From a virus (Duplodnaviria; Caudoviricetes), in IMG/VR virus record IMGVR_UViG_3300027792_000211, positions 1-57,984 of that record: 57,984 bases of DNA; one strand, given 5' to 3'. Under the pieces are notes generated by a model. It was not told where the DNA came from. It searched no databases and worked only from the letters and a program-made list of their open reading frames with translations. The stretch's first letter is position 1. Each line of letters opens with the position of its first letter. Shown here in pieces: positions 28,823-39,001 of the stretch. A program made the position numbers and the translations under genes.

Positions 28823-29002
28823 TTACACCTTCTTTTTTTTACTTCTTGGTTTTTTTATTACATTTTTGGTTTGATTGAATGCTATTCTAACGACATTAGA
28901 AAATAGATAAGCCTTAGAATCCATCATATCCATATCAACAATAGAACCTTTTAAATATTTTCGTCCTTTATACATGCCGTTTTTTAAGAATTCAACTTTC
29001 AT
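28823..29002 (-). CDS. Small basic protein after the major capsid gene (59 aa)
   Basis: Manual translation MKVEFLKNGMYKGRKYLKGSIVDM...KKPRSKKKKV. Confidence 0.65.
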   Translation of the reverse strand: MKVEFLKNGMYKGRKYLKGSIVDMDMMDSKAYLFSNVVRIAFNQTKNVIKKPRSKKKKV

Positions 29003-29004
29003 AT

Positions 29005-29988
29005 TTATGATCCACCTTGTCCATATACTGCAAATGGGTACCTTGTATCTTCGTCGTCATTGACTCGATTAATTGGGTTTGGTACTTGCCAAGCTATACG
29101 CATACAAGATCTAAGACCAATCATGTTTTGTTGAGCTAAATTGTATACAATTTCCCCAGTCGTCGGATCTTGAATTACTGCTTGATCAAGAATTTTCCAT
29201 GTAATATCTTTTCTTATTGCATAGATTAGTTTTTGCCAATCACCCGCAATTATTTGACTACGAGCCGGTACAATTGAACCGTTTCTTGGGAAGATGCAAG
29301 GCTCACCATCTAACGTATAAATTGTTTTACCCTGGACGCCTTCTTTATTTGTAGATTTAAATATTGGATTTCCGGCGTTATCCCTTAAACCTCTAAGTTT
29401 TGCTCTTACAGTCATTGCACACAAATGACCATTTACTAAATATCCGTCTTCTTCAACTTTAGCTATCAATCCATTTTCGCCCATAATATCATCGTATAAG
29501 TCGCCTAAAGCACCCGCAGTAATAAAATTACCAGCGGCAGTAGCGGCGGCTACGATATTTGTAGGCCAAACATAAGGCGCATTGATACCATATAAAACGG
29601 CTTGATCAAATGCTAACCCATAAGCTTCAAGCAATAAAGGTTTAACTTCTGCCCAAATATCATAGTCGGCGTCGTCCAAAACAGCCTCGGGGATTGCAAC
29701 GATAACGTTCAATTCTTCGGCATCAAGGTATTTATTTTCCCACATTACTTTGGTTGTTGATTTCCAACCTAGATAATCGGCAGTTGGCTTTGTTGGTCCT
29801 GGGTTTGTAAAATACGCGGTTGGTAATACACTTAAAACTGGAATCCTTTTCTGCGCTCTAGTCATATTAGGCGCACGATAGGCAAGTCCCATAACTGCGC
29901 TCATTTCGGGTACTTCCTGAATAATTTCGCGCATATAATCTTCAGGCATTAAAGCCTCAACGCCTGACCTTGGAATATATGTTGCCAT
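29005..29988 (-). CDS. Major capsid protein (HK97 fold)
   Basis: LMPED..EII, AEELNVIVAIPE.VLDD, FDQAVLYG, LRGLRD..G.PIF, GDW. Confidence 0.92.
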   Translation of the reverse strand: MATYIPRSGVEALMPEDYMREIIQEVPEMSAVMGLAYRAPNMTRAQKRIPVLSVLPTAYFTNPGPTKPTADYLGWKSTTKVMWENKYLDAEELNVIVAIPEAVLDDADYDIWAEVKPLLLEAYGLAFDQAVLYGINAPYVWPTNIVAAATAAGNFITAGALGDLYDDIMGENGLIAKVEEDGYLVNGHLCAMTVRAKLRGLRDNAGNPIFKSTNKEGVQGKTIYTLDGEPCIFPRNGSIVPARSQIIAGDWQKLIYAIRKDITWKILDQAVIQDPTTGEIVYNLAQQNMIGLRSCMRIAWQVPNPINRVNDDEDTRYPFAVYGQGGS

Positions 29989-30010
29989 GTGAACACATCC
30001 TTCTTTTTAA

Positions 30011-30622
30011 TTATCGACCCGTGGCCCGTCTAATTAAATCATTCAAAGACACGGATTTCTTTTTATTATTGCTACCTTGTTGATCATCCCCGGATTTATT
30101 CGTGTCTTCCGAAGATGTTTTTTTAATCAAATAGGGCTTTGCAGTGATTAACGTTTTTATTGCTTCTTCTACTCCTGTAATGTTTCCATCATCATCAATT
30201 TCGATATCGTCCTTATCTAATAACTTATAAGCCGCATCGGTATCAATGACCCCTAAATTCGCCGCTTTATTAAGAATTTCAGACTTAACCAAGCGTTGGT
30301 TAGCCTTGACAATTGCCTCGCTTGCTTTGTTCTCAGCTTCGACCTTTTCTGCTTTTAATTTTTCTTCGTTTGTCATTTGGGCCTTGAGTTTTTCATCGTC
30401 AACCTGTTTTTTCCAGGCTTTACGTTCACGACTCAAACGTTTTTCGATTATTTTATCAATTTCTTGTTGTGAAAAAGTTTTCGCTGGCTCTTGTTTTTCT
30501 TCGGGTTCTTCTGGTTTTTCCTCTAGCTCTGGTTCTTCTTCTTTTCCTTCTTCCCCTTCTATGCTAAGAACTGGGAATAATGGACCTAACAACATTATTG
30601 TTAGTAATTTTTTTAATTTCAT
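30011..30622 (-). CDS. Capsid scaffolding protein (DUF4355-like)
   Basis: KTFSQQEIDKIIEKRLSRE, KPYL, NDLIR; directly upstream of the capsid gene. Confidence 0.85.
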   Translation of the reverse strand: MKLKKLLTIMLLGPLFPVLSIEGEEGKEEEPELEEKPEEPEEKQEPAKTFSQQEIDKIIEKRLSRERKAWKKQVDDEKLKAQMTNEEKLKAEKVEAENKASEAIVKANQRLVKSEILNKAANLGVIDTDAAYKLLDKDDIEIDDDGNITGVEEAIKTLITAKPYLIKKTSSEDTNKSGDDQQGSNNKKKSVSLNDLIRRATGR

Positions 30623-30682
30623 TTTTAATACCTCTTCCATTTTTTATGTTTGGCAACATAACCGTTTGTCAACGTAATTTGA

Positions 30683-30946
30683 TTATAACATAGATTTAAT
30701 TGTTTTAAATTTTAATTTCACGGTTTCGGGAGTATTCTTCAATAAACTTATTAAAAAGTTAATTTGAAGTTGATTTAAATGCTTAACAAAGATTATAGGC
30801 CGACCCCCTTTAGTGTTTTTTCCTGGTAATAGTTTTTTTTCTTTAATCGGCCCTAACTCTTCAAAATAGTTTCGATGTAAACATATTATTCGATAAACTG
30901 AAAAATGTGACATATTTAATTTTTCAGCTAATTTAATAGAGTTCAT
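30683..30946 (-). CDS. Rha-family phage regulatory protein
   Basis: S..LAE...H.SV.R.I, GGRP, LNQLQ..FL..LLKNT. Confidence 0.7.
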   Translation of the reverse strand: MNSIKLAEKLNMSHFSVYRIICLHRNYFEELGPIKEKKLLPGKNTKGGRPIIFVKHLNQLQINFLISLLKNTPETVKLKFKTIKSML

Positions 30947-32063
30947 TTAATGCACGGGCGGCGGTTTCACCGCTTTTACCTCTCAATTTATTTGGAAAGA
31001 TACTTTCCATTAATTCTATTTCTTGTTGTTGCATTCCATCACTTGCCGCGATTTCAATCATTTTATTTAACTCTTTCATGTTATTAGCATGATAACCTAT
31101 ACTTTTATTATAAATAATATATTCCAAGTTATTTTTGTCTGTCTTAAAATGTCCTAAAACATCATCTTTACAAATCCAATCTGGGAATACTACAGGTTTA
31201 CCCAAGGCCCATGCTTCGTATACAGTACTACCGGCATCAGCAATGACAACATCAGCATCAATTAACAATTGCATAGTGGGGTAATTCTTTTCTTTATTGT
31301 GTAACTTCGTCGTTGGATGCATACCGTCGACAAACTGATAATCTTTAGGTATTTGATTTACAAAACGACTAAACATAGGAAAACTAGACCGTCCCCGATG
31401 TTTATTATTGTATCCATGCGTAGGTAACCACGCCACAACTATTTTATTCGTGGAATTTTTCACATATTCACCGTTAAAAAGTGGATCTAATTTAGTATAT
31501 CCAACTTGAAAAATTTCCCCTTTGTACCCTGTTTTTTTCATTCTGTTTTCCCAGGCTGGACCCGGACAAAAGGCGTATTTATAATCTTGAATATGAGGAC
31601 CTATCCAATAATTTTTATCACCTATCCCGTGACTTATAAAAATATCTCTCGGTCCAACCGGGGTTTTACCTTGTTGATTAATTCGTAGACTTGAAAAAAA
31701 CCTACAATTTAATCCCTTACCGCCTTTACCGGGAACCGGGCGGCTATAATAGGCCGTTTCTTCTTTTGGCAAATATTTAATTATCGGGTCCGCTAGTGCT
31801 TCAATAGCGTATTTATAGGCAAATCCAATATTTACGTCGTTATCATCGTAGGCAAAATTAAATTTACTACCCAAGTATAATTTATGTTTCTTAATATACT
31901 GAGCATTATTTAATTTTCCTACTCTTAAATTTGGATTACCTCGTATCATTTTAAAATCGAAATCCATAGGCCCAACATTTATTATTATTTCTTCGTAAGG
32001 TTTAAACGTCCATGGACCTATACAAATATTAAAGTGGGCTTTATTCATTACATTTACTAACAT
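30933..32063 (-). CDS. CDP-glycerol/ribitol phosphotransferase-like (TagF/TarL-like) GT-B protein
   Basis: FISHG, VGYTKLDPL, WLPTH, HP, ADVVIADAGSTVYEAWALGKPVVF. Confidence 0.75.
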   Translation of the reverse strand: MLVNVMNKAHFNICIGPWTFKPYEEIIINVGPMDFDFKMIRGNPNLRVGKLNNAQYIKKHKLYLGSKFNFAYDDNDVNIGFAYKYAIEALADPIIKYLPKEETAYYSRPVPGKGGKGLNCRFFSSLRINQQGKTPVGPRDIFISHGIGDKNYWIGPHIQDYKYAFCPGPAWENRMKKTGYKGEIFQVGYTKLDPLFNGEYVKNSTNKIVVAWLPTHGYNNKHRGRSSFPMFSRFVNQIPKDYQFVDGMHPTTKLHNKEKNYPTMQLLIDADVVIADAGSTVYEAWALGKPVVFPDWICKDDVLGHFKTDKNNLEYIIYNKSIGYHANNMKELNKMIEIAASDGMQQQEIELMESIFPNKLRGKSGETAARALNELY

Positions 32064-32674
32064 AATTTCACCACCTGACCATCTAAAAATTTTCCGTCTT
32101 CTACTAAGTCCATGATGAATGAAGCTAAGAACGAAGGCTTTAACATATTATCAAAATCGTCATCGGGGGCAATTTGATGCCTCATGTCCGAATCAAAAGC
32201 ACCCGGACATAAACAAAAAACTTTTATTCCATATCCTTTTAATTCATGGGATAAGCTTAAACTTAAATTAATAACCGCGGCTTTACTAGCGGCATAAGCT
32301 GACCGTCCAGGCCTAGAGCCTAAACCAGCCGTTGAAGCAATATTAATAATTTTTCCAGGTAATTTATTTTTTATACATAATTCAGCATATAGCTTTGAAT
32401 TATTAAAAACGCCATTCAGATTTACATTGATAACTTCTTGCCAATCCTGGACATTCATTTCTAATATAGATCCACCTTTATAAATTCCCGCATTATTTAT
32501 CAACGCTTCGGGTAATTCCATTTCTTTATAAAAATTACTTAACGCCTCATAGTCGGTAACATCTATATCGTTCCACCTACAAATTGGATAATAAAAATAA
32601 CCCCTTTTACTTGATTCTTTCGCTACTTCTTTACCTAGTCCCCTATTTGATCCTGTTATGACTATTGATTTCAT
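32057..32674 (-). CDS. SDR oxidoreductase (putative alditol-phosphate dehydrogenase)
   Basis: ITGSNRGLG, NNAG, YAASK; adjacent to the IspD/TarI-like gene. Confidence 0.85.
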   Translation of the reverse strand: MKSIVITGSNRGLGKEVAKESSKRGYFYYPICRWNDIDVTDYEALSNFYKEMELPEALINNAGIYKGGSILEMNVQDWQEVINVNLNGVFNNSKLYAELCIKNKLPGKIINIASTAGLGSRPGRSAYAASKAAVINLSLSLSHELKGYGIKVFCLCPGAFDSDMRHQIAPDDDFDNMLKPSFLASFIMDLVEDGKFLDGQVVKLC

Positions 32675-33345
32675 TCTTGTTTTTCTCCTTGTAAATATTT
32701 ATAAATAGCTTCAGCAATATAAACATCAAGAGGGGTAGTTATCTTAATATTTACATCTTCACCTTTTACAATTTTAGGGATTAACCCTAATTCATTAATA
32801 ATTAAAGCGGCGTCATCTGTATAATCAAATTTTTCATTTACTCTAGCTTTGACATGTCCATGATTTAATAGTTGGGTATTATATTTTTGGGGCATTTGAA
32901 CGGGTCCAATGGTATTCCTATTAAAACTATTTCCACAACAATCTATTACCGAAGCATACATTTGTGTTATTGGAGTTACAAATTCATTTTCGCAATCCAA
33001 CACCTTTTTAATTAAATTTAAACTCATAAAGGGCCTAACTGCTTCACAAATCAATACTTCATCAGTGACAACTTCACTTAAACCAAGATAAGTGGAATTT
33101 TGACGAGTATCACCGCCTTGGCATATGATCACATGATCGATATTGTAGTTAAAACAAGCCTTCAATATTTTTTGTCGGTCTTCTTCAGGGCAAGGAATAA
33201 TAATTTCCCCTATTTCTTTTATCCTTCTTAATGTTTCTAATCCGTGTATTAATAATGGTTTGCCATGCAAACTTAAAAATTGTTTAGGGTAACCGAGGTT
33301 GGCGCGTTTGCCAACCCCTGCACATAAATAAATTACGTCAATCAT
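32671..33345 (-). CDS. IspD/TarI-family cytidylyltransferase
   Basis: AGVGKR...PKQFL, GGDTRQNS, EAVRPF, QMPQ, TDD, NIKITTPLD. Confidence 0.9.
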   Translation of the reverse strand: MIDVIYLCAGVGKRANLGYPKQFLSLHGKPLLIHGLETLRRIKEIGEIIIPCPEEDRQKILKACFNYNIDHVIICQGGDTRQNSTYLGLSEVVTDEVLICEAVRPFMSLNLIKKVLDCENEFVTPITQMYASVIDCCGNSFNRNTIGPVQMPQKYNTQLLNHGHVKARVNEKFDYTDDAALIINELGLIPKIVKGEDVNIKITTPLDVYIAEAIYKYLQGEKQE

Positions 33346-33944
33346 TTGACAAATACCTGAGTTACCATTTTAGTTGGACACGGAATGAAATATTTAGTTA
33401 ATTCTTCTTTTATTAACATTAAGCCATCTTGCTCAAATATAGCCTTGTAATCTCTGTTTATTAGAGTATCCTCAATGATTATTATCTTATTTGCTATTTT
33501 CCTCATAATACTAAAAACATAATCTGCTTGTTGTGGGTGGATATGCATTAATACGGCACAAGTAAATATTAAATCAAAATTACCAAGGTCATCAATCACA
33601 TTTTCAACCGGGCTATTTACTACTTTATAGTTATCATTTTTATAAAAGTTTTTGCCAAACTCTATGGCGTCCTCATTAATTTCTATACCAGTTAAATTTT
33701 TATATCCGGCACCTTCTAAATAGTTTAAATTACGGCCACAATTACATCCTATTTCTAATATTTTTGCATCATGTTTAATATCAAAATCTCTAAATTGTTT
33801 TAATATATACGCTGATCTATCTTCGTGTTTCGCGTACTCCTCAGGTTGATTGGTATTATCTGGATTTCTCCAAAAATCATGGCTTAATTCTTGAGTGTCA
33901 AGCCACCCATTTCTAGTATGATCAATTCCTAAATATTCTTTCAT
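33342..33944 (-). CDS. Class I SAM-dependent methyltransferase
   Basis: ILEIGCNCGRNL, GIEIN, FDLIFTCAVLMHI. Confidence 0.85.
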   Translation of the reverse strand: MKEYLGIDHTRNGWLDTQELSHDFWRNPDNTNQPEEYAKHEDRSAYILKQFRDFDIKHDAKILEIGCNCGRNLNYLEGAGYKNLTGIEINEDAIEFGKNFYKNDNYKVVNSPVENVIDDLGNFDLIFTCAVLMHIHPQQADYVFSIMRKIANKIIIIEDTLINRDYKAIFEQDGLMLIKEELTKYFIPCPTKMVTQVFVK

Positions 33945-34774
33945 TTTGTAAAACCTCCTATAATTTCTCTTCCAAGACCCATTTTTCCATAGATCTTGTA
34001 TAATTCAATTGTTTGTTTACTTGATATTTTATTAAACAAAACTTCTTCATGACATCTAGCAAAATGACATTCACGTCCCAAACTTTGCGTTTCTAAGTAA
34101 TTAGTATCTTTATGTAAGGCATAAAATTCAGTTAAATAATTACCTAAAATAAATTCTTTTTCAAGGCCAACGGCTTTACATAGATTAATTAAACCATCTT
34201 TATTAAAATAATTAATATGATCCGGGGTAACTACCCAATATTGTTTTTCAACTTTTCGGATTCCCATTACATACTTTTGAAAAACTGAAAAGTCATTTGG
34301 CACCTTGATAATAATCTTTTTAGAACACACCTCGATGCATTTTTCTAAAAGTTTCCTAGGTTCTCGTACATGCTCAAGAACGTTATCAAGATTAATAATG
34401 TCAAACTTTTCTTTTATGTGTTCCAGGATATCAAAGATATTACCAATATCAATAAACTCTTTCATATCTGGATTATGTTTTAATAATCCTGCATCGCTGT
34501 AATCAATGCCTTTAACGTTATACCCTTTATCGTGGAAATATTTTAAAGCGAATCCTTCGCCGCAACCAACATCCAAAAAACTTGTGAATGATCCACATAA
34601 CATGTGTTTTTGTTGTAATTTAGCCTTAAAAAAATCTAGTTCTAATTGGGTATACTCTTGTTTGTAAGAAGTACTTTTATTATTCTGATAATAATTAGAA
34701 TAATATCGACTTAATTCTTCTTCACTGGGCATATTGGTTAATTCATAATAACCATATTGATTTAGTTTAACCAT
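33941..34774 (-). CDS. Class I SAM-dependent methyltransferase
   Basis: LDVGCGEG, GIDYS, NVLEHV.EP, VPND, PDHINYF. Confidence 0.85.
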   Translation of the reverse strand: MVKLNQYGYYELTNMPSEEELSRYYSNYYQNNKSTSYKQEYTQLELDFFKAKLQQKHMLCGSFTSFLDVGCGEGFALKYFHDKGYNVKGIDYSDAGLLKHNPDMKEFIDIGNIFDILEHIKEKFDIINLDNVLEHVREPRKLLEKCIEVCSKKIIIKVPNDFSVFQKYVMGIRKVEKQYWVVTPDHINYFNKDGLINLCKAVGLEKEFILGNYLTEFYALHKDTNYLETQSLGRECHFARCHEEVLFNKISSKQTIELYKIYGKMGLGREIIGGFTK

Positions 34775-36025
34775 TTAAATTCCTATCCTTTCTTTGAATT
34801 TAAGTATCATAGAGTTGTAATTCAAAGGATGTAAAAATGGCTCTAAACCCTTTAAATATGCCTCTAGTTTTTCCTTGTCAAATTTAAAACTTCTAATTTC
34901 TTGAATGGCTCTCATTACATCCGGGTATGATCCGACAGAAAAACAACCCGGGAGATATTGATAATAAATATTACCAAACAATAAACAACATTTTCCTTTC
35001 AAAATGGCCTCCCATCCGGCGGTCCCTGTCACGGTAGCCACCGCAAAGGCTTTATCAATCAATGTATAATGATTAGTTTCCACTGGTATTAAATGAACAT
35101 TCCTCATTTTTGTAAGCCTGTTATAATAAGCTATTGATCGATTTTTTGACATGTGAGGGTGTTCCTTGACGTAAATTGTGTAACCCGTGAAGCTAAGAAT
35201 TTCAATCATTAACAATTGATCAACGAAGACTCCCCCTAATGGACATGTTGACGCCTCATATTGATAGTGGAGGGGAACATAAATAAAAGGCTTATTAATA
35301 TCAAATTTTTTACAACATGCTTTGTAAAAATCAAATAAATCCTTGTATTTAATCCTTACATTCTTTTGAAATTCTACAACACGAGAAACATTGGGAATAG
35401 TAATAGGCTTATAACTTAAAGGCTTATTATATAAATATTCTTCAAATATACTCTTTAATCGGGGATATTTGAAATCACTATAAAGAGGTTCAAATCCCGT
35501 CATAGGATCTTTAATTGATTCAATAAAATAACCCCAATCAGGAAATAAAAAATAATTGGTAAATGTTTTAATCCCTTTAAACTTACACAGATTATAAATA
35601 ACAAAATCATACCCCATATGAGGAACAAAAGCCGCCAAGAATACATCAATTTTATTTACTGCTAAATAATACGACCAATATCGCAGGCAAGCCAAATAAT
35701 GAGATTTACGCGTGTCAAAGCTATCATTAGGCTTAATTGATTTAATACGTTCATACATTTTCATTACTTCGCTTTCGCAATCATGCATACCTTCAATGGT
35801 ATACTGATCTAGCGGTGTGACTTTAGTCCAGTCTACAGTTCTAAAGAAATTAAAATTTTTCAATTTTTTGTGGGGATGTAAAGTCATATTTTTATTAATT
35901 TGCAAAAGTTTTTTTTTCATAGGTAATGTTAGCCTATCCCCAACTATACAAAATAATTTATGATCTTTTATGTTTTTCCCTGCTTCTGCAATAAATTTAT
36001 GATCCCCTAAAATTAATATGTTCAT
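34775..36025 (-). CDS. KpsS/Capsule_synth-like glycosyltransferase, putative nonulosonate transferase
   Basis: YVPLHYQYEAST, VKEHP, TVTGTAGWEAILKGK..FG. Confidence 0.75.
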   Translation of the reverse strand: MNILILGDHKFIAEAGKNIKDHKLFCIVGDRLTLPMKKKLLQINKNMTLHPHKKLKNFNFFRTVDWTKVTPLDQYTIEGMHDCESEVMKMYERIKSIKPNDSFDTRKSHYLACLRYWSYYLAVNKIDVFLAAFVPHMGYDFVIYNLCKFKGIKTFTNYFLFPDWGYFIESIKDPMTGFEPLYSDFKYPRLKSIFEEYLYNKPLSYKPITIPNVSRVVEFQKNVRIKYKDLFDFYKACCKKFDINKPFIYVPLHYQYEASTCPLGGVFVDQLLMIEILSFTGYTIYVKEHPHMSKNRSIAYYNRLTKMRNVHLIPVETNHYTLIDKAFAVATVTGTAGWEAILKGKCCLLFGNIYYQYLPGCFSVGSYPDVMRAIQEIRSFKFDKEKLEAYLKGLEPFLHPLNYNSMILKFKERIGI

Positions 36026-36642
36026 TTTATCACCCTTACTATTTCAAAAGTTTCACAATAATTTTTTAATACTATACTACCATTTACACTCATTTTATCT
36101 TTTATAATTTGCCAACTTCGAGGGTGTGGATAACCCCTTAACTCGCTTTTATAACAATCCATGGCTAATATTTTTTGATCGATATCAATTTCAACAAACA
36201 TTTGAGGCTTAAACGATGTAAACCCCCATTCGGTACTAGATAATATTTCAAAACTGTATATTTGCTTAACTAAATGAGAATTACAAGGCCTTGCCGCTGT
36301 TAATACGGCCTCAAATATAAGCCTATGATCTTTGTTTAAATCATGGTTACTATGTGTATAAATGATATCTGGTTTATACACTTTTATATATTGCTCAATA
36401 CTTTGTATAATGTCCAAAATAGGCACGGTGTCAAATCGCTGATCCGGCAAATTTTCAAAAGTTAAATGATATCCAATAATCTTTGAAGCTAAGGACGCCT
36501 CAGTTTTTAAATCAACTTCACGGCCGCCCGTGGACATTATAAGAACTAATACTTTATCACCATTTTCAACATGTTTACTAAGTGTTCCACCGCATCCTAA
36601 AATTTCGTCATCGGGGTGGGCAACAATACATAATACGTTCAA
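36022..36642 (-). CDS. PIG-L/LmbE-family N-deacetylase
   Basis: AHPDDEILGCGGT, THSNHDLNKDH, YKSELR.YPHPRS. Confidence 0.9.
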   Translation of the reverse strand: MNVLCIVAHPDDEILGCGGTLSKHVENGDKVLVLIMSTGGREVDLKTEASLASKIIGYHLTFENLPDQRFDTVPILDIIQSIEQYIKVYKPDIIYTHSNHDLNKDHRLIFEAVLTAARPCNSHLVKQIYSFEILSSTEWGFTSFKPQMFVEIDIDQKILAMDCYKSELRGYPHPRSWQIIKDKMSVNGSIVLKNYCETFEIVRVIK

Positions 36643-37129
36643 TAAATTTATCCTCCTTCACATCAATAAAATAGGCGTCGGCGTTTTCAGCGAATCTTCT
36701 ATCGCTTTCTCTATCGCCGACATAACACACTTTATCTACTTTTAATACGTCTGACATTATTTGTAATGACGACGGATTAGGTTTATAAAATTTCGGATCA
36801 TCTAAAATTATAATATGATCAAAATATTTATGAATACCTAAAATATCGATTTTATTATTTTGTATTTCCTTGTCACCGTTTGTTATCAATCCTACCTGGC
36901 AAGTTAAAATTTTAAATAACGGATTTACCCAAGGATACAAAGTCAATTTAGGTTTAATACCTCTATAAATAGAATTGCCGAATCTATGCATAACTTTATT
37001 AGGGTCAATGTTATAAAAATTTTTAAGCATCTCCACAGATATTTTTTTACAAATTTCTTCAAACCCTGCAAATACAAATTGTTTTGAATCATACAAGGTA
37101 TCATCCAAATCAAATACTAACCCGACCAT
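36608..37129 (-). CDS. HAD-family hydrolase
   Basis: FDLDDTLY, ITNG, KPNP, YVGDR.SD. Confidence 0.9.
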   Translation of the reverse strand: MVGLVFDLDDTLYDSKQFVFAGFEEICKKISVEMLKNFYNIDPNKVMHRFGNSIYRGIKPKLTLYPWVNPLFKILTCQVGLITNGDKEIQNNKIDILGIHKYFDHIIILDDPKFYKPNPSSLQIMSDVLKVDKVCYVGDRESDRRFAENADAYFIDVKEDKFIERIMYCCPPR

Positions 37130-37965
37130 TCCGTTAAATACCTATACACTTTCTTTTTATCTTGGATATTATAATCTGATTTATAATAATTCCCGGTCCA
37201 AATATCTATTGAATCCTTTATAATATCAAACCCCGCCATAATACTAAATATAGCTGACCCCGCTAATCTAGGATTTATTTCTATAAGATAGATTTCATTA
37301 TCCCTAACTATAACCTGAATATTGATAGGACCCTTGAATTTGATTTTACTTACAATATCTTTTGTAAAATCAATTAAATCCTGTCTCATGTCAATTTCCC
37401 CTTGAAGGGTAACATTTGTAAAACTTACTCGTTTCCGGGGTACACAAAATATAAATTCACCATTCAAGTTAACTAAACAATCAATAGTATACTCTATACC
37501 TTGAATAAATTTTTGGACTATGTATTTACCATTCAACATATATTGTCTAAAATCCGTTGTTAAAAAGGCCTCTTTGGACCCTCTCGAATAAATACCCCTA
37601 ACAAATCCATACTTATCCATTACACTACTTAAAGCCGGTACTTGTATATCATGGGATATACAATATTGATATAAAAAATGTTTATTTATACATGTCATAT
37701 TTGTTTCATGATCGCATTGAATTATTCTTGCGTCATTCATACATAAAAGTAATTCTTCATCGATAAAAGGAAAAAATAAATCATACTCAATATCATTGAT
37801 ATATCCAGGATGACAAGGGTCCACTTTGTAAAATTTATCACAAAAATGTTTACCTGGAATATCATTATTCATATCAATACCAATCACATAATGACCTAAC
37901 TTTTGTAAGTGCTGTATATAGCTTATAGCTACACTTCCACCTACAGCACTAATCATTATTTTCAT
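37117..37965 (-). CDS. ATP-grasp ligase (carbamoyl-phosphate-synthase-like, glycan cluster type)
   Basis: Start MKIMISAVGG after AAGGAGG; VQKFIQGIEYTID, GPINIQ, LIEINPRLAG. Confidence 0.85.
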   Translation of the reverse strand: MKIMISAVGGSVAISYIQHLQKLGHYVIGIDMNNDIPGKHFCDKFYKVDPCHPGYINDIEYDLFFPFIDEELLLCMNDARIIQCDHETNMTCINKHFLYQYCISHDIQVPALSSVMDKYGFVRGIYSRGSKEAFLTTDFRQYMLNGKYIVQKFIQGIEYTIDCLVNLNGEFIFCVPRKRVSFTNVTLQGEIDMRQDLIDFTKDIVSKIKFKGPINIQVIVRDNEIYLIEINPRLAGSAIFSIMAGFDIIKDSIDIWTGNYYKSDYNIQDKKKVYRYLTEWSG

Positions 37966-38452
37966 TGTAACCCTCCTTATTAAAACTAAAATACAACGAA
38001 TTCCAATAATATCCACCGTAATATTTCCGGGCCGGTAAAATTGTTGTATAAGATGGTTCCATCTTTTTCCAAAAATCAATTGAATTATTGCATTCGTAGC
38101 ATTCACCATATACATTTTCTAAATTTAATTCATCAAAAGCATAATCCAGGATTAATTTTAATGCCTCTCTTCCATAGCCTTTACCGGTTTGTATTACAAA
38201 CATGGTTATTTCTCCAAGCCTATTTTCCCATTCAATATGTGAAATCCCGGTAGTTCCTACTAATTTCCCATCGGCATTAATCCCAAATATTCTATTATTA
38301 GAATTTCTATTAGATACAACATCATTATAATAATCGTGTTGCATTTCTTTAGTTAATAGAAATGGAGTTCGCCAACTTCCTTTTATTTTGTTTTTTTCTA
38401 TTCTAATATACTCTAAATCCTGCTCATTTAAGACTTCGAGAGTAACGCCCAT
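37949..38452 (-). CDS. GNAT N-acetyltransferase (PseH/RimJ-like)
   Basis: GKLVG..G...I.W.NR.GEI, GKGYGREAL...YAF.ELNL. Confidence 0.85.
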   Translation of the reverse strand: MGVTLEVLNEQDLEYIRIEKNKIKGSWRTPFLLTKEMQHDYYNDVVSNRNSNNRIFGINADGKLVGTTGISHIEWENRLGEITMFVIQTGKGYGREALKLILDYAFDELNLENVYGECYECNNSIDFWKKMEPSYTTILPARKYYGGYYWNSLYFSFNKEGYNENND

Positions 38453-39000
38453 ATTAAATCACCCCTGACTTTCCCAGATTTTATCATTTTTAAATTGTAC
38501 AACTTTTGAAAATCATTTATAAAATCACCTTTAAAAAAGGCGTTTTCCCTTTCACGATATACCACCGTAAAAGGGTGTTTACTAATATGTTCTATGAGTA
38601 ATATATATTTATTGCTATGCTCATATAAAACCTTGTAGGCCTCGTTTAAATCATCAGGGGATATATGAATGAGTAGGCCATATGTAAATACTAAATCAGC
38701 TTTAAGGTCCAATTTATCAAATATAGATTGATTCCAGGCTGTACATGATTTTTTTAGTTTATCATAAGCCTTTTTGTTTATTTCTACACCATAATATTTG
38801 GCTTTGGGATAACATTGTTTAACCGCAGGAATATTTAAGCCTATATTCGCCCCATATTCAAGTACACTGTTTATATTTAATTTCTTATCTAAAATAGTTC
38901 TGAATACCCCAATTTTATACTGAACATATCTTTCCCGGTCGTTATCATCAGTGTAATTATCCCCTAACTTGCCTTTCCATAATTCTTCTTGGTATCTCAT
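38428..39000 (-). CDS. Pseudaminic acid biosynthesis-associated methyltransferase
   Basis: QEELWKG..GDNY, SVLEYGANIGLN, LIHISPDDL, YR...AFFKGDF. Confidence 0.85.
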   Translation of the reverse strand: MRYQEELWKGKLGDNYTDDNDRERYVQYKIGVFRTILDKKLNINSVLEYGANIGLNIPAVKQCYPKAKYYGVEINKKAYDKLKKSCTAWNQSIFDKLDLKADLVFTYGLLIHISPDDLNEAYKVLYEHSNKYILLIEHISKHPFTVVYRERENAFFKGDFINDFQKLYNLKMIKSGKVRGDLIWALLSKS

Positions 39001-39001
39001 T

